Source of the DNA: Octopus bimaculoides
Lineage: Eukaryota
Assembly (NCBI RefSeq): GCF_001194135.2
Contig: NC_068984.1
Location: 1,003,662 to 1,040,804 of the forward strand
Length of the DNA: 37,143 nt
Direction of reading: 5' to 3'
Part shown: one piece after another, positions 23,946-36,516 of the stretch
Position numbering within the stretch: the stretch's first letter is position 1
Layout: each line of letters starts with the position of its first letter
The notes under the pieces: generated by a model
What the model was told of the DNA's origin: nothing
Seen by the model: only the letters and a program-made list of their open reading frames with translations
Databases searched by the model: none
Translations under genes and position numbers: made by a program

Positions 23946-24056
23946 TCTCTATTTTATACCTTAACGAACATAGGCTCGAAATGTCATGTTTTCCATTTCC
24001 ACACACATTGAAAGAGTTGTTTTCATTGTATTTCTAATAAACACACACACACACGC

Positions 24057-24095
<39 letters not shown>

Positions 24096-24175
24096 CGCAC
24101 ACACACATGCACACACACACACACACACATACACACATTCTCCTTTAAACACTCTTACATCGAAACCGAAAGTAG

Positions 24176-24561
24176 CGACCAGGAGTGGCTGTGTGGTAAA
24201 TAGCTTACTTACCAAGTTCAGTGTCCAAGTTCAGTGTCTTTTACTATAGCCTCGGGTCGACCAAAGCTTTGTGAGTGGATTTGGTAGACGGAAACTGAAA
24301 GAAGCCCGTTGTATGTGTGTGTGTGTGCGTGTGTGTGTGTGTTTGTGTGTCTGTGTTTGTCCCCCCAACATCACTTGACAACCGATGCTAGTGTGCTTAC
24401 GTCCCCGTAACTTTGCGGTTCTGCAAAAGAGTGAGATAGAATAAGTACTAGGCTTACAAAGAATAAGTCCTGGGGTCGATTTGCTCGACTATAAAGGCGG
24501 TGCTCCAGCATGGCCGCAGTCAGATGACTGAAACAAGTAAAAACAGTAAAAGAGTAAAAGA

Positions 24562-24562
<1 letters not shown>
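24176..24562 (+). mobile_element. SINE family B, near full-length, with internal (TG)n
   Basis: Head AGGAGTGGCTGTGTGGTAA, then GGAAACTGAAAGAAGCCCG, a TG tract, the body and an A-rich (GTAAAA) tail. Confidence 0.9.
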
Positions 24563-24596
<34 letters not shown>

Positions 24597-24598
<2 letters not shown>

Positions 24599-24730
24599 CT
24601 TTGATAACTTTGATAGGTTTCGGTTTGTATAGGCCCAGGCCATGTCTAACTTAATAGCATCACTTGGTGAAGTCTTTTAGTGATATATGGGGCACTATGG
24701 CCCACACTAGCAAAGAGTTATTATTGTTGG
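24597..24730 (-). mobile_element. Short 3' end of the same CR1/L2-type LINE as 14105-14390
   Basis: Reverse complement of 14257-14390 (134 bp, about 9 differences counted by eye), also abutting (TA)n. Confidence 0.85.
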
Positions 24731-25067
24731 ACACACACACACACACACACACACACATTCCATTTGATTACTTATTTCTGAAGCGGACTCCGCTCATTCT
24801 GGATATCATAATGAAGCTTGAAATTATTGTCTATGATTAAAGATATAAGTAACATTTACCAACAATATCATTAATCAATTTTTATATTATTCACAGTCAC
24901 ATTACAACGATTGCAAATCACAGATTTATTCAAACTGTATTTTCATTTCAAAACTGTCTTATTACATTTGTAGAAGCTACATTTACTACCCAGCGGATAG
25001 TTGTTGCGCAAACTAAAATGATTCGTATATATATGTGTATGTGTATGCGGGGGGAGTATATATATAC

Positions 25068-25114
<47 letters not shown>

Positions 25115-25400
25115 TATACATATATGTGTGTATATTTGTTTTATATACGTGCATACATATATGTTTATATGGATATACATAAACATATACAAATATATAC
25201 ATATATATATATTCATATATATATAAGTGTATATATGTATATATATATGTATATATATACATNNNNNNNNNNNNNNNNNNNNNNNNNNNNNNNNNNNNNN
25301 NNNNNNNNNNNNNNNNNNNNNNNNNNNNNNNNNNNNNNNNNNNNNNNNNNNNNNNNNNNNNNNNNNNNNNNNNNTACATATATATACATATATATATATT

Positions 25401-26172
<772 letters not shown>

Positions 26173-26547
26173 ACCGTATCTTTCGCATATAAAAGAAATT
26201 CAAGATTAAAAACTGGGCTTGTATGGCCTTATATTCCGGTGTGAAAGTAAGATAAGAGGTTTAAATATATTACTTTACTGATGTTTCGGTACAAAAAGTG
26301 GGCGATTGTATTGTACTGAAGTAAATATGGCTTTTGGTGCAGCTATGTATATGTGCATATATGCATATATGCATACGTTCACTTCTATGAGTGTGAACTT
26401 CTCTCTGTTTCTCGTTTCTTTCTTTTATAAACCTGATTTAGATTGGTTTATCTCTCAATAAAATCATAAATTTTCATTCACACAATTTTTTCATCTCAAA
26501 AAATGAATAACAGTACTAAGAGAATCAGTTTTCCATTTTTTTTTTCC

Positions 26548-26990
26548 AAACAGACGTGGCTGCATGGTAAGACGTTTCTTTCCCAACCACATGATTTCGG
26601 GTTCATTCTACTGCGTGGCGTCCTGGAAAAGTGTCTGCGTCTACTATGGTTTCAAGTCGACCAAAGTATTCTGAGTGGATTTGGTAGACGAAAACTGAAA
26701 GAAGCCCGTCGTACATACATATATATGTGTGCGTGTGTGCGTGCGTGCGCGTGTGTGTGTGTGTGTGTGTGTGTGTGCTCATTTTTGGCCCCACCACGCT
26801 TTGACAATCGGTGTTAGAGTGTTTACGTTCCCGTAACTTAGCGGTTTCGCAAAAGAGACCGATAGAATAAGTACCAGACTTCCAAAAAATAAGTACTGGG
26901 ATCGATTCGTTCAACTAAAATTTTCATAAAAGAGATATGCCCCAGCATGGCCGAAGACTAATGACTAACAAGATAAAAGACAAAAGACAA
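26548..26990 (+). mobile_element. SINE family B, diverged full-length copy with internal TA/TG tract
   Basis: GACGTGGCTGCATGGTAAG..CCAACCACATG..GAAAGAAGCCCGTCG-(TG)n-body-CCAGCATGGCCG-A-rich tail. Confidence 0.88.
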
Positions 26991-27004
26991 AATGAACGCA
27001 AATA

Positions 27005-27130
27005 AGCCTGTGTGATTAAGGATCTCGCTTTGTAACAGCGTAGTTTCGAGTTGACCCCTAGTGCGCCACATCTTGAGCAATTGTCCTCTACTGCAGGCTC
27101 GGAGTCAAAACCTTGTGAGAGAATTTGTTA
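27005..27130 (+). mobile_element. Old CORE-type SINE head
   Basis: GCCTGTGTGATTAAG..TTTCGAGTTGACCCC..CATCTTGAGCAATTGTCCTCTAC..CCTTGTGAG parallels the family B head. Confidence 0.5.
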
Positions 27131-27209
27131 GAGTGGGGTCTCCGAAAAGTACTCATGGTGCCTGGTGGTGATGTTAAGCTGGATGGTGGATTAAGTCTAC
27201 TGATCCAAT

Positions 27210-27435
27210 AGATCATGGCGGAATTTGAATTCAGGACACAAAGCGACCGAACAAATAAATATCACAAGGCATCCGATCTGATTCCAGTTTCGCCAATCCC
27301 TTTGCTTTTTTATCGACCCCGGAAGGATGAAAAGCAAAGATGACCCCGACGTCATTTGAACCCATATTGACTACAGTCGGAAGAAATTCTATGAGGCAGC
27401 CGGTCCAACGCTCTAATAACTCCGCTAATTTCACC
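27210..27435 (-). mobile_element. Decayed SINE family A piece(s)
   Basis: TTTATCGACCCCGGAAGGATGAAAAGCAAAG and GGCGGAATTTGAATTCAG match the family A minus strand. Confidence 0.65.
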
Positions 27436-27775
27436 AGAATATAGGAATGGACCAGCGCCACACCTTGATCATCGGTGTTAATCGATTGGCGGGTTTCTGG
27501 CTTTTAAAAAGCGTGATTTTGTTTGGTTTACTTTAGTAGTGATAGGAATGAGATGAATCGAGTGTAATATCTCATTTTCCTTAATAGATAAACACACACA
27601 CACACACACACGTACACACACACGTACACATACACGTACACACACGCGGGAGTATGGCTGCAACCTTGCACTTAGAAAAATGCTTCAGCGAATAGTTTTT
27701 CTCATAAACATTTGAAGTGGTTAAGAGGAAATTACCAGAGAACCCTATGACCGGAAAAATAGAAATGAATGCATC

Positions 27776-27817
<42 letters not shown>

Positions 27818-28092
27818 NNNNNNNNNNNNNNNNNNNNNNNNNNNNNNNNNNNNNNNNNNNNNNNNNNNNNNNNNNNNNNNNNNNNNNNNNNNNNNNNNNN
27901 NNNNNNNNNNNNNNNNNNNNNNNNNNNNNNNTATATATATATATATATATCTTTCCTTCTCCCTCTTTGTCTTTCTTTCGCTCCCTCTCTCTCTTTCTCT
28001 GTCTTTCTCTCGCTCTCTATCTTTCTCTCTCACCACGTACCTACATACATACCTACATATCTATCTAGCTGTTTATCTATCTATTTATCTAT

Positions 28093-28134
<42 letters not shown>

Positions 28135-28976
28135 ATCTATCTGTCTGTCTGTCCACCTATCTGAAATAGGAAAAAGGTTCTGCAAGTATATTCATTCTTT
28201 ACTTTTCTTATTTGATAAACTGCATCCATTTTGATTGTCGTCATCTTCATCGCACTGAAGAAGTCCAGTTTAGACTGAAATGTGTATATTTTGTAGGAAT
28301 TTTATCATTTTTATCAGTTACGAAATAAAAATACAAAATAGAGTAAATACGTTTCTCCAGCTGACTTTGAATTATTATTGCTATACTGTAACTGAATATG
28401 GAATAGATTTCGGCCCTTTAGCAATGGGCCCATGGTGATGACACATGCAACAAATATCCTAGCCATTGTTCAACATCATAAATTGTGAAAATAGAAATAT
28501 TACATTCCTAAATCTCTCAGAGAGATTTATGCTGTAGCAGCACGATAAAGTGATAGTTTGTTGTCAACTTAACGTTACAGTCCCATGAAAGGAAAGAATG
28601 CTACTGTTATTTAGCCCCAGGAAACACCGTTTCCAGTTGACCTTGACACATTTTCTGTATCCTTATGTTTCCAAAGGGGGAGATAAGCACCTCCACGCAG
28701 CAAAGCCAGCATCCAGAGATTAGTTTCACAGTCATTGCTCATCATTCAGCAACACATAAATTCACCGAGAGTTGCTCCTTTTGCTTACGTAAACAGTATA
28801 TAGATATTGCTGAAAATCTGGAAATATCAGATTTTTCTGAGTCTAAAACAAGACAATATGGGTTATACATACGACAATGAGTTGAATGTACAACACAAAT
28901 TTCAATGCTTTGTTTTCGGCAGCCAATAAAATCTCAGTCTATTCTTGGCTATCCATTTGTGAAGCAGCAGCGGCAG

Positions 28977-29527
28977 AAGAAGAAGAAGAAGAAGAAGAAG
29001 AAGAAGAAGAAGAAGAAGAAGAAGAANNNNNNNNNNNNNNNNNNNNNNNNNNNNNNNNNNNNNNNNNNNNNNNNNNNNNNNNNNNNNNNNNNNNNNNNNN
29101 NNNNNNNNNNNNNNNNNNNNNNNNNNNNNNNNNNNNNNNNNNNNNNNNNNNNNNNNNNNNNNNNNNNNNNNNNNNNNNNNNNNNNNNNNNNNNNNNNNNN
29201 NNNNNNNNNNNNNNNNNNNNNNNNNNNNNNNNNNNNNNNNNNNNNNNNNNNNNNNNNNNNNNNNNNNNNNNNNNNNNNNNNNNNNNNNNNNNNNNNNNNN
29301 NNNNNNNNNNNNNNNNNNNNNNNNNNNNNNNNNNNNNNNNNNNNNNNNNNNNNNNNNNNNNNNNNNNNNNNNNNNNNNNNNNNNNNNNNNNNNNNNNNNN
29401 NNNNNGACGAGGTGGAGGAGGAGGACGAGGTGGAGGACGGGGTGGGGGAGGAGAAGAAGAAGAAGAAGAAGAAGAAGAAGAAGAAGAAGAAGAAGAAGAA
29501 GAAGAAGAAGAAGAAGAAGAAGAAGAA
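28977..29527. repeat. (GAA)n / (GGA)n microsatellite spanning an N gap
   Basis: Read directly from the sequence; the poly-E/poly-K ORFs here are artefacts. Confidence 0.9.
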
Positions 29528-29544
29528 GGGCCTATTATTAGAAG

Positions 29545-29745
29545 TCTAGAATAGCGTTTTCAAAAATGCGTCATCTAAGAACGACAGTTGTACCTGTGAT
29601 CATCGGAGCTTTGGCGATAATAGCAAACGACACGCTTGAACCCTATGATCAAATACGAGGCAAGGCAAAAGAATGAGGACTGCAACCAATTGTTCTCTTG
29701 GTCGCCGCCAACGTCCCATGAAAAGCACTCAACCAGAGAATGGTT
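29545..29745 (+). mobile_element. Decayed R4/Dong-type LINE C-terminal fragment
   Basis: KMRHLRTTVVPVIIGALAIIAND..QIRG..LQPIVLL..*KAL parallels KMWHLKT..PIIVGALG..LQKIALLGTAHILRKAL. Confidence 0.7.
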
Positions 29746-29981
29746 GATTCTTTTTCAAAATCGAAACCATTACAAATTTAACAAGACTTTAATTGGCGGC
29801 ATTTGGTCACCTTTCCGTGCAATATATCATTGCTAACCCTAACCCTAACACCCACAGTAAAATGTCCAGCCTGCTGTTGTTATTCGATGTCTCTGATGGA
29901 GACTTGGAACAGCTAATATAAAACAAAGCAACACCAACAATGATGTTGATAGCAATTTATATATATATATGCGTGCGTGTG

Positions 29982-30030
<49 letters not shown>

Positions 30031-30040
30031 NNNNNNNNNN

Positions 30041-30088
<48 letters not shown>

Positions 30089-30759
30089 TAGAGAGAGAGA
30101 GAGAAGATAACAGAATGAGAGAGGAAGATGGAAATGGAAGAAAAGATAGGAACAAGTGTTACAGTAGCAAGAAATCTGGTTAGAATTTCGTTACAACAAT
30201 GGTGAAAAATCTTTAATTCGCAACTGGTGGCATGCTTTATTTAATTATTTTGTCTTTCAGTACCAATGTTTTCTTTAATTATTCTGTTTCTAAAGATAAA
30301 CTGTTAAGAATACTCTCATGTGGGTACTAACACTGGGTAGGCATTAGTTTCCTCGCTACATCACCAAAAGTCATTGATTCCAGGGGAATAAATATTCTTC
30401 TGGAAATTTCGAAATAAAATGACAGAAATATCGAAGTAATAAAATGTCTTTCAAATTATTGGATGAATGAGAAATTTTTGAAACTTTGGTCTTCGTAAAG
30501 AAAAGCCACGACTGGTTTTAGAACGGAAGCAGTCGCTCGATCAATTCGAAGATCAGTGAAATTTCTTCCCATGAAAAGATGTAGTTTTTGAAATTGGAAG
30601 AGAACATAAAGTCATGAAGTTCAAGATACATTGTTCCTGAAAAAGTTGAAAGGGCACGGATTAATTTCTTTTTATCATAGGGTCACTCGATGAGAACTGA
30701 TCTGGCGACAAACAACAAAGTTCCAATGTTCTTTGAACATTTTATTAGATTAGAAATCA

Positions 30760-30870
30760 GATATCCAAATATATTGATATCCAAATATAGATGTACAAAT
30801 ATATTGATATCCAAATATAGATATACAAATATATTGATATCCAAATATAGATATACAAATATATAAATAT
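30760..30870. repeat. 30-bp minisatellite, about 3.5 copies
   Basis: GATATCCAAATATAGAT(G/A)TACAAATATATT units starting at 30776, 30806 and 30836, plus a partial unit at 30760. Confidence 0.9.
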
Positions 30871-30899
30871 TCAAATATGTAAATATAAAAATATAAGCC

Positions 30900-32915
30900 T
30901 CTATGTTGAAGAGGAGATAACTACTCAGAAATGCATGCATACATCGATCTGGGTCGGTGGAATCTTCGAACTGACCTGTTGTGTTTACATCTATTTGTCT
31001 ACAATAAAATTACAATAGAGTTTTTGCTTTCAAATGCCACATCTTTCGTCTTTCAACTTTCAATTCTTTAATGAGTTTGTTAAATTTCTTGACATATATT
31101 TTTATCAGTAGAGACACTTAAATCTATCAATGTACAAATGTTTTCTTCACTGTCTTTAATAATTATGTCTGGTCGATTAAGTTGGATGTTTCTGCTAGTG
31201 TTGACAGGAGAATCACAGACGATGGTGTCATTTTCACATGAAGGCACCAGCTCAGGACGATGTTCATACCAGTCTGCAGGTGTATCGATTTAGTAGTGTT
31301 TACATGTTTTCTAATGTATATATTGCCCTACCCTATCGTGGCGATTTCTATATATTTCTATATAGCACAGAGCATCCCGAAACAAGATGGTCTATTGCTA
31401 CTTCAAATTTGTTGCAAAATCTGCATTTTGGGTCAGCACCGTTTTTAAGAATATTAGCCTGGTAATTTCTGGTAATCAAGCTTTGGTTTTGTGCCGCCAG
31501 TATGAAGCCTTCCAGTCTCTGTTTTCAGTCCTGAACCTCTCAGCTATTGATGGATCGATACTTTGTCGACATCAGCATTTTCGTTTCAAAGAATATATTG
31601 TCCATGCAGGGACTTTTGGCTCCGCCGTTCCTCAAGCTGTTTCTGTCTGTTCCTTTTTAGCAGCCACTTTCATTCGTTCTGTTTATTTGGTATCAGTGCT
31701 TTCAGCTTCTTCATCTAATTCACGATTAACATCAACTTCTCTTCTGAATTTACATGCTTTGTTAACAACAGAGTGCAACTTTTGCTGCTTTCCTGTTCGC
31801 TCACAACATGCAGCATCCAGTCCGCTGTACGAAATAAATATCTGTTCAATCCTATTTAGTGCAGGTTTTATAACAGAATTCTAATTGGATCATTCTTCTT
31901 CCCCCACTGCCTTAGAGTGGTGCATGTTCTCAGATATCAATAATTTTCTTATCTTTATGCCCATGCATTGGAGTTCCGTAGAGTTCCAGTTAATGATATT
32001 TAATTTGTACTGAACAAATGGAATTAACAGAATGTTAATGATTTCGATGCGATCTTTCAGACTTCAGCTCAGTCTTCTGTACCGGTCTTATTCTTCCGTA
32101 ATATTTCTTTCTTATCTTGTCTTTCATGATGGTATGATTTATGTCATTTCCTTCATTCATACCTAGTATTTGTACGTTTCTTGTGGTTCAAGATTCTCGG
32201 TGGTAGCGTCAATATCCAATTTAATAGATGTTGTCTTTTTTTTTTTTGTACTCTAGGCACAAGGCCCGAAATTTTGGGGGAAGGGGAGCAGTCGATTAGA
32301 TTGACCCCAGTACATGACTGGTACTTAATTTATCGACCCCGGAAGGATGAAAGGCACAGTCGACCTCGGCGGAATTTGAACTCAGAACGTAGCGGCAGAC
32401 GAAATACCGCTGAGCATTTCGCCCAGTATGCCAACGTTTCTGGCAGCTCGCCGCCTTAATAGAAGTTGTCTTTCTGAGTTTGCCTCTCACAAAAGTTGTT
32501 TTACGCTCTTATCGCAGCCAAAATCCGTCCCGATGTCATTGCTAAACTGTTTAGCAGTTGTTAGCAGCCCTTCTAGTTCTTGGTCATTCCTTGCAAATAG
32601 CTTTAAATCGTCCAAGTGAAACAAATGATTTATAATCCTGTTAAGAATTTTGTACCCACATCCGGTGTTATTCCATTCATTTGAAAGTGAGATGAGTGCC
32701 ATACCAAAAAGTAATGGAGAGAGGAAGTCTCCTCGAAAGATGCCCCGTTTGAAGTTGATGTTTTATTGGTTCATACCATTATTATTTTTAGGGGAAATGT
32801 GTATTCCATTTGGCCATGTTCTTTTGTAAGAATTTTAAAATCACAGGAGAAATCTACGTGTCAAAAGCTTTGAGTATTTATTTATGTTAAACAATGTCAA
32901 ACGCTTTCCTATATA
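30900..32915 (-). mobile_element. R4/Dong-type LINE remnant (RT, CCHC knuckle, RLE) interrupted by a SINE
   Basis: YRKAFD; RGDFLSPLLF; INHLFHLDDLKLF; TYKYLG; knuckle CRFCNKFEVAIDHLVSGC; RLE NRPDIIIKD..LIDLS. Many stops and frameshifts. Confidence 0.88.
32236..32455 (-). mobile_element. SINE family A inserted into the LINE RT region, with poly(A) tail and TSD
   Basis: Poly-T at about 32236-32247. TSD TTAATAGA(T/A)GTTGTC at 32221-32235 and 32456-32470 (1 mismatch). Confidence 0.92.
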
Positions 32916-32929
32916 AACTGTCTACGTCG

Positions 32930-33192
32930 TACTTATTATCATTATTTATTGTCACTGCACAGCTTCTAACGCTGGAGATGTACTACAGTGTCAGCTGTTC
33001 ACTACCAGTGAACTAAGGTCACAACCCTTATTTCTCGAGCACCTTCCGGAGTATTTGAGCGGTTCCAAGTAGAGCTGTTTTCCGCAAGTGCTCCACCCTT
33101 ATTGCAGCCCCTATTTGTTCCATGTACTTCTCAAGATTTTTATTCACTGTTCCCAGGGCTCCGACAATTATTGCGACTACTACCACTTTTTT
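32930..33192 (-). mobile_element. Short R4/Dong-type LINE 3' end
   Basis: KKVVVVAIIVGALGTVNKNLEKYMEQIGAAIRVEHLRKTALLGTAQILRKVLEK* plus UTR and AATAAATAATGATAATAA tail. Confidence 0.9.
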
Positions 33193-33193
33193 C

Positions 33194-33226
33194 ATATTAT
33201 TATTATCATCATTATTATTATTATTA

Positions 33227-33278
<52 letters not shown>

Positions 33279-34165
33279 GTGATGAAAACTCACAGCTCAT
33301 TTTGCTGGATATGATGGAAAGCGTCAGCTGTCCACAGACAGCAGACTAAGGAGACACTTGTTTACTGGTCATGCTTCAAGAATTCTTGCAGTTCAAAGCA
33401 ATGCAGATCTTTTTAGGCGTTCTACCTTCACACTTGCACCGATCTTTTTCAGCCATGGAGTGCTGATATTTCCAAAGGCACCAATTACTATTGTTATCAC
33501 GTCTACTCTTTTCATTAGCCACAAACTTCGTATTTCCCACTTTTAAATCGTCTCATACTTGTTTATTTTTTCCTTCTTCTTTCACATTGATCCTGTTGTC
33601 ACCGGAGCATGCTATGTCGATTATTATACACGTTCTTTCTCTTTTATTCACCACAACAATGTCCGGTTTCCGATGTCTGGTCATGTGATTGCACTGAATC
33701 ATTGCATCCCGCAGGATTTTGCAATTCTCATTCTCGGTGGCTCATTCTAGGGTTTGCTTATACCACGTCTTTGCTCTTCGTAGGCCGCGATTTCCAAAGA
33801 TCACCCAATGGATCATTCTTTCCGCACTGTTATGCTGTCTTTTTGCATTCGCATTGTGCCAATTTCGAGCATTCGCTAACGATGTGCCATACCGTTTCAC
33901 CCCTCTCACCACACATTCTGCATTTGTCGCTGTCGGTAGTGTTGTCTATGCTGCACATCACGTAGTTGGTCCTTAACGTTTATTCTTGAGCCGCACATAT
34001 GAATGCTTCTGTCTCTATCTTCATGTCACTCCTCATCCATAGCCACCAGTCCTCTGTATCTGTCTTCCTGTTCACATCTCTTGCAAACTGAGCGTGCATT
34101 TTTCCTTCCATGCTTTTTCATTACACAATTTTCAGTTTTGATGACGCCGGCCTTTTTCGCCTGTT
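33194..34165 (-). mobile_element. R4/Dong-type LINE 3' portion (CCHC knuckle plus RLE) with (TAA)n tail
   Basis: CRMCGERGETVWHIVSEC; ENENCKILRD..HRKPDIVVVNKRERTCIIIDIAC; VITIVIGAFG. (TAA)n at 33194-33277. Confidence 0.85.
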
Positions 34166-34171
34166 TCAACA

Positions 34172-34665
34172 ATGGCTATTATTATTTATTGTCTTTGCAC
34201 AGCTTCTAATGCTGCAGATGTACTACGGTGTCAGCCGTTCACTACCAGTGAACTAAGGTAACAACCCTTATTTTTCGAGCACCTTCCGGGGTATTCGAGC
34301 GGTTCCAAGCGGTGCTATTTTCTGCAAGTGCTCCACCGTTATTGCAGCCCCTATTTGTTCCATGTACTTCTCAAGATTTTTATTCACTGTTCCCAGGGCT
34401 CCCACAATTATTGGTACTACTACCACCTTTTTCAGCGACCACAACTGCTTCACCTCCCAAGCTAACCTGTCCTATATATCGATTTTTCTGTCTCCCTTAT
34501 CGCATACTTTGTTGTCAGCTTGGCATGCTATATCTATGATCCAGCATCGTTTGCTTTCTTTCTCAATTAACACTATGTCTGGCTTCCTATTCTCTATCTC
34601 ATGGATACACCGAATCATAATATCCCATAGGATCTTTACATTATATTCTTTCTGGGCTAGTGGCG
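34172..34665 (-). mobile_element. R4/Dong-type LINE 3' end (RLE), same subfamily as 32930-33192
   Basis: KILWDIMIRCIHEIENRKPDIVLIEKESKRCWIIDIAC..VVPIIVGALGTVNKNLEKYMEQIG..RKVLEK*. The UTR is nearly the same as in the 32930 copy. Confidence 0.9.
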
Positions 34666-35404
34666 TACACATTTATATATACACACATATGTATGTGTGT
34701 GTAGGCGTTTGAAAAATAATGGAAGCGCGTTGTTAAATTAAAAGTTATATGATTTAAGTTGGTGTTGCTCCACTTTTCGCATCGTTCACAGCTTTAATAT
34801 ATTGAGGAATTGACTCATACTGAACAGTTCTTGGGAGAATTTTGTGTCATTCTTCGAGTAAAACCATTTTTAGTTCTTTCAGAGATGACAGCCGAGGGAA
34901 ACAGCTCCTCGCAGTTGCAAACTACACCATAAATGTTCATCATGCTAGATAGAGTGGCCAAATCTCCCTCAGTCTTAACAGCAGTTATAGATACACTTTC
35001 GTGAAAACTATATTTGGATAGTCACGGTTATCATGCCTTCGATTAATCACGGCTGACCTGGGGTTAAACAACTATGATTCATACATTACATGACACGAAA
35101 TTATGTAGATGTTGCTCGTGATAAGTTAAAAACAAGCCTAAAGACCCAGTTTTCGGTGATACGATTATGCTGCCTATCAATCACTTATCTTCAGTCAATG
35201 ACTTGGCTCACTTGATTTGTATTCAAATATAACTGGAACATCTTTGGTTAATGATTAATGCTATATGGTGGTTAATGGTTATTAATAATTGTGTTAAGTC
35301 TTTTGATGAACATTCAACAAATTTTCCGGACAAATCGGAAACAATTAAAATACACATGCGCGCGCACATTCTTCCACATACACAAGTAAGAACACAAAGG
35401 AGCT

Positions 35405-35590
35405 TGTATGTGGTCTGCTAGAGATAGCAACCAAATCACCCACAAAATACACCCTTCGCTATCAATAAACGAACACGTTGTCTACTGTGTTGGCCGGGAT
35501 GTAGTTATGAATAAAAAGACAGGATGGTCTTGGTTGGAATGCTTTTAATTATATGTCTGCTCGACTACAACCAGCTTGGTGTTAAATAAA
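35405..35590 (+). mobile_element. Dispersed repeat family C copy (related pieces at 34945-35072 and 36095-36170)
   Basis: GGTCTGCTAGAGATAGCAACCAAATC..GACAGGATGGTC..GGAATGC..TCTGCTCGA, as at 1423-1570. Confidence 0.55.
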
Positions 35591-36357
35591 AATAGCAACA
35601 ACAGACACAGAAACACACGTACACATACGCACACACAAATACACAGTCACACACACATCCACCATACATTTACCCTGAAGGAAAACAAAAGAAACAAAAG
35701 GTAATTCATTAATTATATTTTGGTTCATTAATAGCGTAATTTGATCTGTCGAAAATGGCGTACTAATTTTACTTTTGTTCTTCTCCACAAACAGCTTAAT
35801 TTGCATGTTGATTAGCCCATTTGTTCTGTGCTACTTACTTAATTTGCATAGATGTTCGCCTTTTTCTTTTATTATTCTCAATAAATGTCTGACTATCGAT
35901 CGTGATTGCCATTTTTGGATCGAATCGGAAATCAATTCCCATTTAGACCTGTTCCAATGTAAATGTTATCTCCACCACACCGCATTCGCATGTCTTCTGC
36001 GTAGTTACCGCAGAGCCAAATTCTTCCTCATAATCCAACCCTGCCATCTAAAATAAAAGAAGGACACGGTTGTTTATAATCTACATATTACCCCAAAAAT
36101 GGTGTGGTCATGGTAGGAACACTTTTGATCATAGGTTTCAGTGAGATCCGAATTGCTCTAGGGTTAAACGATGACATTGACTTACAGACACTGGGGTTGT
36201 TGCTGATGTGTGTGTGTGTGTGTGTGTGTTGCTATAATAATAAAATCAAACCAAATAGTAGTATTTTGAAATCTTTTAGTACGTACTTTTCAGGTTTTGC
36301 TTAAAATATAATAGGAAATGCATTCATTACGTAAACCTTCCTCAGTTATAACATTCC

Positions 36358-36424
<67 letters not shown>

Positions 36425-36475
36425 GAGAGAGAGGGGGAGAGACAGATAGAGACAGACAGACAGACAGATATGTCG

Positions 36476-36507
<32 letters not shown>

Positions 36508-36516
36508 ATGCATATA

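Noticed and set aside
29835-29850. Telomere-like (TAACCC)n
   Set aside because: Only about 2.5 units; too short to call an interstitial telomere.
30340-30750. Non-repetitive stretch that might be a decayed transposase or exon
   Set aside because: The three plus-strand frames I translated contain frequent stops, and no motif could be recognised.
30760-30870. Regularly spaced 30-bp repeats as a possible CRISPR-like array
   Set aside because: The units are directly adjacent with no unique spacers, in eukaryotic context with no cas genes; an ordinary minisatellite.
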